Shown one piece after another: positions 24,667-32,000 of a DNA stretch of 32,000 nt; the first letter of the stretch is position 1, and the number at the start of each line of letters is the position of its first letter. The translations under genes were made by a program, and so were the position numbers. This DNA is from Archaeoglobus fulgidus DSM 4304. Lineage in GTDB: Archaea; Halobacteriota; Archaeoglobi; Archaeoglobales; Archaeoglobaceae. Location of the stretch: NCBI RefSeq assembly GCF_000008665.1, contig NC_000917.1, forward strand, positions 660,001-692,000, read 5' to 3'. The notes beneath the pieces are model-generated. The model was not told the DNA's origin and ran no database searches. It was given only the letters and a program-made list of their open reading frames with translations.

Positions 24667-24670
24667 AGAG

Positions 24671-24847
24671 ATGGAGAAGAGAGTTTGCTCCTTCTGCGGA
24701 TACGACATAGAGCCGGGGACAGGCAAGATGTACGTCAGGAGGGACGGAAGGGTCTTTTACTTCTGCTCCGGCAAGTGCGAGAAGAACATGCTCAAGCTGA
24801 AGAGGAAGCCGAGAAAGCTGAAGTGGACCAAGCACTACTCAAGGTGA
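24671..24847 (+). CDS. rpl24e: Ribosomal protein L24e (58 aa; missing from the supplied ORF track)
   Basis: My own translation reads [58 protein letters not shown]. It contains the CxxC...CxxxC zinc motif. A GAGGTGA SD overlaps the S28e stop. Confidence 0.9.
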   Translation: MEKRVCSFCGYDIEPGTGKMYVRRDGRVFYFCSGKCEKNMLKLKRKPRKLKWTKHYSR

Positions 24848-24851
24848 TTCC

Positions 24852-25307
24852 ATGGAAAGGACCTTCGTTATGGTAAAGCCTGACGGGGTACAGAGGGGTC
24901 TCGTCGGAGAGGTCATCGGCAGGCTTGAGAGGAAGGGGCTGAAGATTGTTGCAATGAAAATGCTCTGGATTGCAAGGGAGATGGCAGAGAACCACTACGC
25001 GGAGCACAGGGAGAAGCCCTTCTTCTCCGCTCTTGTTGACTACATCACCAGCGGGCCTGTTGTGGCGATGGTTGTTGAGGGCAAAAACGCCATCAAGGTT
25101 GTCAGAACGCTGGTTGGAGCAACCAACCCAGCTGAGGCAGCACCGGGAACCATCAGAGGAGATTTTGGACTTGATGTGGGCAGGAACGTTGTTCATGCGT
25201 CCGACTCTCCTCAGTCCGCAGAGAGGGAAATTTCGCTTTTCTTCAGCGATGATGAAATTGTGAACTGGGAGAAGGCTGACGAAGACTGGATTTACGAGGA
25301 GAGATGA
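24852..25307 (+). CDS. ndk: Nucleoside diphosphate kinase
   Basis: [16 protein letters not shown] and the active-site region NVVHASDS are present. Confidence 0.95.
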   Translation: MERTFVMVKPDGVQRGLVGEVIGRLERKGLKIVAMKMLWIAREMAENHYAEHREKPFFSALVDYITSGPVVAMVVEGKNAIKVVRTLVGATNPAEAAPGTIRGDFGLDVGRNVVHASDSPQSAEREISLFFSDDEIVNWEKADEDWIYEER

Positions 25308-27091
25308 GCAAAAAGAAAGAAGAAGCAAAAGCTCTGAGAACTCCAATTGTTGCCGTGCTGGGCCACGTTGACCACGGCAAGACAACACTACTGGACAGAA
25401 TCAGAAAGTCGAAGGTTGTGGCAAAGGAGGCTGGGGGAATAACGCAGCACATCGGGGCTACTGAGGTTCCCCTAGATGTCATCAAGCAGATTTGCAAAGA
25501 CATCTGGAAGGTTGAGGTTAAGATTCCCGGTCTTCTTTTTATTGACACTCCCGGCCACAAGGCCTTCACCAACCTCAGAAGAAGGGGTGGAGCTCTGGCA
25601 GATCTCGCCATTCTGATTGTGGACATCAACGAGGGCTTTAAGCCGCAGACGGAGGAAGCTTTATCCATTCTCAGAACTTTCAAAACGCCCTTCGTTGTTG
25701 CCGCCAACAAGATTGACAGAATTCCCGGCTGGCAGAGCCACGAAGACACGCCCTTCATGAAGAGCTACGCGATGCAGGAGGACTTTGCGAAGCAGAACCT
25801 TGAGAACAGGCTCTACAACCTCATTGCAGAGCTTTACCAGCGTGGCTTCTCTGCTGAGCGTTTTGACAGGATATCTGACTTCACGAGAACTGTCGCAGTG
25901 GTGCCAATCTCAGCCCTAAAGGGAGAGGGGATTCCGGAGCTTCTCCTCATTCTTGTTGGCCTTGCCCAGAGGTACCTTGAGAAGAACCTGAGGCTCCACA
26001 TCGAGGGTAAGGGGAGAGGAACTGTCTTGGAGGTTAAAGAGGAGCGCGGTTTAGGGGTTACCTGCGATGCAATCCTCTACGACGGAACGCTCAAAGTTGG
26101 GGACAGGATTGCCATTGCAGGAAAGGATGAGGTAATCGTCACAAACGTTAAGGCGATTCTGAAGCCCCCTCCAGTTAGAGAAATGAGGGTTGAGAGCAAA
26201 TTCCAGAGCGTGAAGAGCGTTACCGCTGCAGCCGGTATAAAGATTGTTGCCCCAAACCTCGAAAACGTGCTTGCGGGAAGCGAGTTCGAGGTTGTTGAGA
26301 GCGAGGAGGACATAAAGAAGTTCGAGGAGAGGGTCAGGAAAGAGTACGAGGAGATTGCCATTAGAACTGATGAGGAGGGGGTTGTGCTCAAAACCGACAC
26401 TCTCGGCTCTCTCGAGGCATTAATCAACGAGCTGAGGCAGGAGGGCATCCCCATAAAGAAGGCAGAAGTGGGGGATGTTGATAAGAGGGACGTTGTCGAT
26501 GCCTCCGCCAACAAGGATGAGCTTAACAAGGTCGTTCTCGCCTTCAACGTCAAGCTTCTTCCCGGAGTTGAGGAGGAGGCGAAGAAGTACGGTGTCAGGA
26601 TTTTCTCCCACGAAATCATCTACACTCTCATCGAAAGCTTTGTCAAGTGGAGAGAGGAGGAGAGGCTGGCGAGGGAGAGGCAGAAGGTTGAGGCTTTAAT
26701 CAAGCCCGGCAAGATCAAGCTTCTGAAGGAGTTTATTTTCAGGAGGAGCAAGCCGGCAATTGTTGGAGTGAGAGTTCTTGCGGGTGAGCTGAGGAGGGGG
26801 GTTGACCTAATCAAGCCCGACGGCACGAAGGTTGGGGCAGTGAGGACAATGCAGAAGGAGGGCAAGAATGTTGCAATAGCCTCTGCCGGTGATGAGCTTG
26901 CCATCGCCATTGAGGATGTTACCATCGGCAGGCAGCTTGAGGGAGATGAGGAGCTTTACGTTGATGTCCCTGAAAGGCATGCGAAGGTTATAGAGCGCGA
27001 CCTTCTGGACTCGCTGGACGAGGAAACAAAGAGGGCCTTTAAGGAGTTTCTTGAGATTAAGAGAAAGGACAATCCCTTCTGGGGCAAGTGA
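25304..27091 (+). CDS. infB: Translation initiation factor aIF5B (IF2-type GTPase)
   Basis: [17 protein letters not shown] and NKID are present, with the four-domain length typical of aIF5B. An ATGA overlap joins it to ndk. Confidence 0.95.
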   Translation: MSKKKEEAKALRTPIVAVLGHVDHGKTTLLDRIRKSKVVAKEAGGITQHIGATEVPLDVIKQICKDIWKVEVKIPGLLFIDTPGHKAFTNLRRRGGALADLAILIVDINEGFKPQTEEALSILRTFKTPFVVAANKIDRIPGWQSHEDTPFMKSYAMQEDFAKQNLENRLYNLIAELYQRGFSAERFDRISDFTRTVAVVPISALKGEGIPELLLILVGLAQRYLEKNLRLHIEGKGRGTVLEVKEERGLGVTCDAILYDGTLKVGDRIAIAGKDEVIVTNVKAILKPPPVREMRVESKFQSVKSVTAAAGIKIVAPNLENVLAGSEFEVVESEEDIKKFEERVRKEYEEIAIRTDEEGVVLKTDTLGSLEALINELRQEGIPIKKAEVGDVDKRDVVDASANKDELNKVVLAFNVKLLPGVEEEAKKYGVRIFSHEIIYTLIESFVKWREEERLARERQKVEALIKPGKIKLLKEFIFRRSKPAIVGVRVLAGELRRGVDLIKPDGTKVGAVRTMQKEGKNVAIASAGDELAIAIEDVTIGRQLEGDEELYVDVPERHAKVIERDLLDSLDEETKRAFKEFLEIKRKDNPFWGK

Positions 27092-27381
27092 TGAAGGCTT
27101 TGGTTTTCACCAGCAAATACTGCCCCTACTGCAGGGCCTTTGAGAAAGTTGTCGAGAGATTGATGGGGGAGCTTAACGGCACTGTGGAATTTGAAGTCGT
27201 GGACGTTGACGAGAAAAGGGAGCTTGCTGAGAAGTACGAGGTTTTGATGCTCCCCACCTTGGTTCTTGCAGATGGAGATGAGGTTTTGGGAGGCTTCATG
27301 GGCTTTGCCGACTACAAAACAGCCCGAGAAGCCATATTGGAGCAGATTTCAGCATTTCTTAAGCCTGATTACAAAAACTGA
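27091..27381 (+). CDS. Small thioredoxin/glutaredoxin-fold protein with CPYC active site
   Basis: FTSKYCPYCRAF and a cis-Pro region (MLPT) are present. The ATG shares one base with the infB TGA. Confidence 0.8.
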   Translation: MKALVFTSKYCPYCRAFEKVVERLMGELNGTVEFEVVDVDEKRELAEKYEVLMLPTLVLADGDEVLGGFMGFADYKTAREAILEQISAFLKPDYKN

Positions 27382-28989
27382 GCCTTTTGGTTCGTTATCC
27401 TCAACCCAGATTTCTCCAGCATATCTCTCGACTATTTTTCTTGCGATGAAAAGCCCCAGTCCTGTCTGCGCAGCCTTCCCGTACTTGAACCCCTCCTCAA
27501 AAATTCTCTGTTTTATCTCATCCGGAATACCGATTCCAAAATCGGCAATCCTTATCTCACACCATTCCTTGCCTTCAGAAACTGTGATTTCCACTCTGTC
27601 CGTACCGCTGTGGATGAATGCGTTGTTCACGATGTTCTCTACCACAGACCTCAGACCCTCGTCGGCAAGAGCCCTGCCCTCTCCTTTAACCGAAACGTTC
27701 TCAAAGGACTTTGCAACCTCGGAAACCAGCTCTCCAACATCTATGCATCTCAACTCTCCAGACTTCACGGCATCCTCAAACGCCCTCATGTTCCGGACTA
27801 TGCTTACAGCTCTGTTAATTGACGTCAAAGCCTTGTTCAGGTAGTCCTTGTTGCTCTCCTCAATACCCATCTCAAGGAGGGCCATTGCCGAAGTCAGGGC
27901 GTTGAGAACGTCATGCCTTAGCGTCTTGTTTATCAGCTCGAGCATGGATGTCAGCTCTTCCAGCCTTTTTCTCTCCTCCTCAATTTCTGTGATGTCGATA
28001 ACGCTGCCGAGTGCCGCCCTCTCTCCTTCATAAGCGATAGAAGCCACGTTCTCGTAAACCCACCTGATTTTACCGTCTTTCCTCACTACTCTGTACTTGT
28101 AGGGCTCTGTCTCACGCCCTTTCAGCATCTCAATGGCTTTCCGCCTCACAAACTCCCTGTCTTCTTCAGCAACGATCTCAAGGCTTTTCATTCCAACAAG
28201 CTCCTCAGCAGAATAGCCCGTAATTCGCTCAAATGCTGGATTGACGAGCTTAAACTTACCCCCTACGAGTATGTAAAGCCCAGCAGGAGAGATGTTGAAT
28301 ATGCTCCTGAAAAGCTCCTCCCTTTCTGCAAGCCTTTGTTCTATCATTTTCTTGTCGGTTATGTCTATTGCGAAGGCCATGACGGACTTCTTCCCATCCC
28401 AATCAATCGCCCCTCCGGCAACGAGCACCCACCTTTCGCTTCCGTCTTTTCTGATGGTTTTGAGCTCGTAAACCGGCTTTTCTCCCTCAAGCCTCTTTTG
28501 CATCATAGCCCTTGCCAAGTCGTGGTAATCTGGATGAATCAAATCCCAGACCTTCCTATTCAGAAGTTCCTCTCTGGTGTAGCCGTGAATTTGGCAGAGA
28601 GCCTCATTCACGAAGAGAATTGTGCCCTGGTGATGCACGAGGATTCCTGCTGGTGAGAGCTCTGCAAGGGCTTTGAACTTCCTCTCCCTGTCCTCAAGCT
28701 CTTTTTCAAGCCTGATTCTCTCAGTGATGTCCCTCCCCACAACTATGGTCCTCCTGAATCCCTTAATGGCAACCATGCTGTAGTATCTGTCACCGACGGA
28801 GCAGGTGTCATCTTTACAAATCTCAGAGTAGATTTTTCCCCCCACATCCCCAAAAACTCTGCGGGCTGTCTCATTCTGGCTTACTATAACCCCCTCTTCG
28901 TTCATCGTTAGAATGATGTCAGGGGTGCGGTCGAGAAAGGTCACGACTTCTTGGAAGAGCAGCAACCTGTCCAGCAGCTTGCTCAGCAA
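27349..28989 (-). CDS. Cytoplasmic sensor histidine kinase with three PAS domains (5' end uncertain or possibly frameshifted)
   Basis: Three PAS repeats each end in DIT(E/D). An H-box TLRHDVLNAL and HATPase_c motifs (NNAFIHS, DFGIGIP, GLGLFI) are present. There are no TM segments. The only available start is TTG without an SD. Confidence 0.8.
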   Translation of the reverse strand: MLSKLLDRLLLFQEVVTFLDRTPDIILTMNEEGVIVSQNETARRVFGDVGGKIYSEICKDDTCSVGDRYYSMVAIKGFRRTIVVGRDITERIRLEKELEDRERKFKALAELSPAGILVHHQGTILFVNEALCQIHGYTREELLNRKVWDLIHPDYHDLARAMMQKRLEGEKPVYELKTIRKDGSERWVLVAGGAIDWDGKKSVMAFAIDITDKKMIEQRLAEREELFRSIFNISPAGLYILVGGKFKLVNPAFERITGYSAEELVGMKSLEIVAEEDREFVRRKAIEMLKGRETEPYKYRVVRKDGKIRWVYENVASIAYEGERAALGSVIDITEIEEERKRLEELTSMLELINKTLRHDVLNALTSAMALLEMGIEESNKDYLNKALTSINRAVSIVRNMRAFEDAVKSGELRCIDVGELVSEVAKSFENVSVKGEGRALADEGLRSVVENIVNNAFIHSGTDRVEITVSEGKEWCEIRIADFGIGIPDEIKQRIFEEGFKYGKAAQTGLGLFIARKIVERYAGEIWVEDNEPKGSVFVIRLKKC

Positions 28990-29060
28990 GGGAATCAGAA
29001 GCTTTATTACCTCATCATCCCCGCAGAGCCTTATCGTGGCATCTCCAGTTTTTACCTCAG

Positions 29061-29225
29061 TTACCTTGCCACTCTGCTCCCCTGCTCTGCTTTCAGCCCA
29101 CCCACTTCTATTTCTGCATAACTCACCTTAGCATAATTTACAAGAAAGCTGCAGAGATTAGGAAGCGTACTTTCAAGGTCATCCGAGCAAAGCATCTCAA
29201 GGGCTTCAATTGCACTTTTTTCCAC
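29061..29225 (-). CDS. 54-codon ORF upstream of the kinase; possibly the displaced original N-terminus of the kinase gene
   Basis: GTG 29225 is preceded by a minus-strand AAGTTTAAAT box about 25-30 nt upstream. It translates to VEKSAIEALEMLCSDDLESTLPNLCSFLVNYAKVSYAEIEVGGLKAEQGSRVAR*. The kinase frame is open across 29127-28990. Confidence 0.3.
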   Translation of the reverse strand: MEKSAIEALEMLCSDDLESTLPNLCSFLVNYAKVSYAEIEVGGLKAEQGSRVAR

Positions 29226-29422
29226 ATCAATTTTCGTTGTTTATCAACATTTAAACTTTATCTTGTTTAGGCGCAAGAGTAGCATTTTATCCTCTGTTTC
29301 TTTTGCAGCATGTTGATGATAATTATTATTTACGTAATAATGGTCATTGTTATTACAATTATGCTTACATGATAGTAAAATTTATATATCACAAGGTTTA
29401 ATAATGACTGAGGTGATGAAAA

Positions 29423-29491
29423 ATGGAGAGGAAGGACGAGAGAAAGGAAGCGGAGAAGGTGTTCAAGGAGATTAAGATATTTGCAGGTTAA
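29423..29491 (+). CDS. 22-codon upstream ORF coupled by TAATG to the UbiA-family gene
   Basis: A GAGGTGAT SD lies 5 nt upstream of ATG 29423. It encodes MERKDERKEAEKVFKEIKIFAG*, and its stop overlaps ATG 29491. Confidence 0.3.
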   Translation: MERKDERKEAEKVFKEIKIFAG

Positions 29492-30360
29492 TGATATTTG
29501 AAATAATAAAGATCGGGTCTCAACCAATAAATTTTGCTTATCCTATACCTTTACTATCTCTTTTGGCATTCATGCTCTCAGGGTCTGGCTATAACGAGCT
29601 TATTATTTCGTATATTTTCGCATTTTCATTTTTTACAGCCGCTAACCTTTGGAATCACCTAAATGATGCTGAAGATGATCTTAATGCCGGTCGTAACTAT
29701 GCAAGATTTCTTATTGAACATCGCAAAATCGTGACAGAATTTGTCGTTGCTTTTTATTTTGTATCTTTTTTATTAATATTTTTTATATCAAAAAGTAAAG
29801 AAATTGCATTACTATTAACAGGATTATCTGTCGTTTTAACTTGGCTTTACTCTGATAAAATTTTTATTGGAAAAATTATCAGACGATTCAAAGAGGATTA
29901 CAAGACTGAAGTATTTACATATATTTTGTGTTCGTTTTCTTTTCCACTAAGTTTTTGGACCATTTTTTCTGAAATTTCTCAAGTTGGAGTGGTTTTTACT
30001 TTGGCTACTGGATTTACATATCTCTCGGGTTTCTTCTTAAAAGACTTAAAAGACATTTCTGCCGATATAAAATCTGGTTACAGAACATTAGCCGTAGTTC
30101 TTTCACCCAGCACTTTATTGATAATATCGGTGATGTTGTTTATTGCCTCAACTTTTGTCGTAATTTTTTCATCATTGTTAGATGTGACTCCTACCAGTTC
30201 CTTGCTAGTTCTCACAGTATATCCCCCCATTTTGTTCGCAATCTACAAATTTCATAAAGAAAAATGGAAAATAACTAAAAATATTATTTCTTCTTTAAAA
30301 ATTTACACTTACTCTTATCTAGGTTTTTTAATTGCCTTTGCTATAGGTTGTAAACTGTAA
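29491..30360 (+). CDS. UbiA-superfamily membrane prenyltransferase
   Basis: About 8-9 TM helices are predicted. Two Asp-rich motifs are present: NHLNDAEDDLNAGRN (NxxxDxxxD-type) and KDLKDISADIKSGYRTLAV (DxxDxxxD). The gene is very AT-rich. Confidence 0.8.
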   Translation: MIFEIIKIGSQPINFAYPIPLLSLLAFMLSGSGYNELIISYIFAFSFFTAANLWNHLNDAEDDLNAGRNYARFLIEHRKIVTEFVVAFYFVSFLLIFFISKSKEIALLLTGLSVVLTWLYSDKIFIGKIIRRFKEDYKTEVFTYILCSFSFPLSFWTIFSEISQVGVVFTLATGFTYLSGFFLKDLKDISADIKSGYRTLAVVLSPSTLLIISVMLFIASTFVVIFSSLLDVTPTSSLLVLTVYPPILFAIYKFHKEKWKITKNIISSLKIYTYSYLGFLIAFAIGCKL

Positions 30361-30369
30361 TAATTAAGC

Positions 30370-30378
30370 AAAAAAAAA
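30370..30378 (-). terminator. T9 terminator tract after the 349-aa ORF
   Basis: The plus strand has A9, which is T9 on the minus strand, starting about 10 nt downstream of the TAG at 30388-30390. Confidence 0.5.
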
Positions 30379-30387
30379 CGTGGAGTA

Positions 30388-31604
30388 CTATAAATTAAGA
30401 AACACTGTCGACAACGTTGTGTTTAAACAAATTTTTTCTTCTACTTCACTCATTGATCTCTTCTGCATTTTACCTGTGTACGACGGGAAAGACACTAAAA
30501 CGCCGTATACATCTTTTCCCCGAAAAACATTTACAATCCAATCCTCGAACATTAACATAATATTCTGGTCAACGAAAATAAAGTCAAACTTTTCTGAGTT
30601 TATTACTAATTTTATTCTATCCAACCCACCTTTCAGCTGCTCTCCTAAAAATAATCCCTCGTCATAAAATATATCTAAAGTAAAAAAGGAAGGATAAAAT
30701 TTTAAATTATAATCCATCAATCCTAAACATGTAGAACCATTAGTTTCTTTGCTGATTAAAGCTAAAATGTAAGGTGACGCTCCGAATATGCCCTCTCTGT
30801 TAACATCGTTTTCCAAATCACCTCTCATTCTTAAATTATGAGACCTTAAGAATTCTCTTATACTCATATTATTTATTTTTGCTATGGACAAATTTCCTTT
30901 GCTTATGGCAACATCTTCAATGAACTGGAATTCTTTCTTTAAAATTTTCTTAGTTTCTTCAACATCAGTTCCTCTTTCAGGTAAGAAGTCATCATATTTT
31001 GTGCCAAAATTTTTATCAATAGTTAGAAGAATTACACTCCTCCCAATATTAGAACCATTTATTGCTATCTTTGGTTTACCAATACCAAAATTTAGAGGGA
31101 AGAGATTAAGCGAAACAGCGTTTGCTTTTTCATCTCTGAATGGACGCAAAAGCGTATTTATAGGATATATCGCTTCTTTAAATATTCTAGATGCCTCCTC
31201 AACGTTTCTTGCCATTTTAAGTCTTAAAAAGCTACTTAAAAAAGAATATCTACTATCAACATAAAACAGCGGATAGACCAGCAAATTGAACCTCCCCTTC
31301 TCAGCGCTTCTCAACTGCTCGACCACCTCGTCTGGATTACCCCTGAAAACGTTCAGAGTGTAGTCGATGTCGGCAAACATGCACAGGCATCCGCGAGTCC
31401 ACACGCCATCGGGAGTTATAAACCCTTCAACAGGCACCAGAGCGTGTCAAAATCGAATTTGAACACCTTTGCATCTTTCTGCAGATGCTCGGTGAGGTAA
31501 ACTATCGCGAGATTTGGCCTGAAGTCCAAATTCTCCGCTTTGGACCTGATTTCATCAAACGCCTTTTTGGGGTCATTTTTCAGACTGTATGCGAACTCAA
31601 TCAT
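30388..31604 (-). pseudogene. Sensory-domain-like gene (possibly FIST-type) split by a frameshift into 62-aa and 349-aa ORFs
   Basis: ORF 31604-31416 ends ...KFDFDTLWCLLKGL*. ORF 31437-30388, in another frame, starts (V)PVEGFITPDGVW. Joined they would read ...FDFDTLVPVEGF... The family call is weak. Confidence 0.4.
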
Positions 31605-31929
31605 AGACTCGCAGCGACTCGGTGTCTATTCTCACCTTATAAAGCGAGGCAGCGTCGGAAATTCCTACAACAAGGAGCATCGACCTCGAAATCGGCCTTA
31701 TGAGGATTCCCTCCTTCCCCAATCTGAACTCAACGCTGTTCAGGTTCTCCTCAAGCACCTGCCTCGCTACCACCTCAACCTCCTTTTCAGCCCATTCAAG
31801 GGTTGGTATCCACTCCCTGCTTTTTATGTGGCTGGCAAGAACCGTGCCGTCTATACTGTAAACTACCGCAAAGAGAACGGATTCGTCAGTTCTGAAGGGC
31901 TCTATGAGCTCAAGCAAGTCCGCCCTCAT
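31597..31929 (-). CDS. Roadblock/LC7 (MglB-like) domain protein
   Basis: The 110-aa protein carries a pattern typical of the family ([16 protein letters not shown]...[23 protein letters not shown]). It overlaps the downstream ORF by 8 nt (ATGATTGA). Confidence 0.75.
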
Positions 31930-32000
31930 GGTATTCTCCGCTTTATTTTGCTAATATCCTCTAAGGTGAGAGTGCCCTTTTTACACATCTCTGCGATTTT
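31926..32000 (-). CDS. 3' end (24 codons) of an unidentified gene, ATGA-coupled to the Roadblock gene
   Basis: The frame is open from the window edge, reading [24 protein letters not shown]. Its TGA at 31928-31926 overlaps ATG 31929-31927. Confidence 0.4.

Noticed and set aside
24792-26925. Minus-strand ORFs of 198, 171, 180, 63 and 101 aa
   Set aside because: They run antisense to ndk and infB and are Ser/Leu-rich shadow frames.
27266-28656. Plus-strand ORFs of 192, 70, 61 and 106 aa
   Set aside because: They run antisense to the PAS histidine kinase.
29321-29345. TTACGTAA palindrome and neighbouring ATTGT/ACAAT inverted repeats, considered as island terminal repeats
   Set aside because: They are short and expected by chance in about 25% GC sequence. 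I could find no matching copy at the other island border by eye.
29330-29527. 65-aa minus-strand ORF in the AT-rich promoter region
   Set aside because: It has no SD or TATA support, its sequence is low-complexity and hydrophobic, and it overlaps the better-supported uORF and UbiA start.
30380-31264. Plus-strand ORFs of 95 and 126 aa
   Set aside because: They run antisense to the 349-aa ORF, which ends in a T9 terminator and is much longer than expected by chance in AT-rich DNA.
1-32000. Scan for tRNA, rRNA, CRISPR arrays, transposases/integrases, inteins in priS/infB, and in-frame TGA (selenocysteine) in the Hdr-like gene
   Set aside because: None was found. The intergenic regions are short and lack tRNA-like or repeat-spacer structure. 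The large genes are collinear with their families and show no insertions, apart from the vWA insertion reported as a finding.

Overview
Gene-dense archaeal chromosomal window of about 48-50% GC. PriS, TFE, aIF5B, L7Ae/S28e/L24e, aTrm56, GGAGGTGA-type Shine-Dalgarno sites and many TATA boxes about 25 nt upstream of leaderless starts all indicate an archaeon. From memory only, the L7Ae protein looks like that of Archaeoglobus fulgidus; this was not checked against a database. Most of the window is housekeeping: GNAT acetyltransferase, UPF0146, YjbQ, priS, nikR-like, a GTPBP1-like GTPase, pyrD, a NifR3-like TIM barrel, dapF, an ATP-NAD-kinase-like gene with a two-subunit 2-oxoacid:ferredoxin oxidoreductase, aTrm56, a GT-C membrane glycosyltransferase, a fused DsrM/DsrK (HdrE/HdrD)-like membrane oxidoreductase, family II pyrophosphatase, tfe, and the conserved rpl7ae-rps28e-rpl24e-ndk-infB-thioredoxin operon. 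rpl24e is absent from the supplied ORF track. No tRNA, rRNA, CRISPR array or transposase was seen. The best candidate for an undescribed system is 18040-23939 on the minus strand. It holds six translationally coupled genes whose products all start with class III (type IV prepilin-like) signal/anchor helices. One is a ~960-aa modular pilin carrying a vWA/MIDAS domain split by a ~275-aa aromatic-rich insertion. No assembly ATPase, platform protein or prepilin peptidase lies nearby. Secondary leads: a ~2 kb AT-rich island (about 15-35% GC, 29226-31260) carrying a UbiA-family prenyltransferase, whose right-hand compositional boundary falls inside an ORF; apparent frameshifts in the signalling genes on both sides of the island (a PAS histidine kinase and a possibly FIST-like gene coupled to a Roadblock/LC7 gene); four GAUGA (box C-like) motifs in the rpl7ae leader, suggesting K-turn autoregulation; a membrane-anchored protein with duplicated winged-helix modules; and a symmetric shared TATA box between two divergent leaderless genes.
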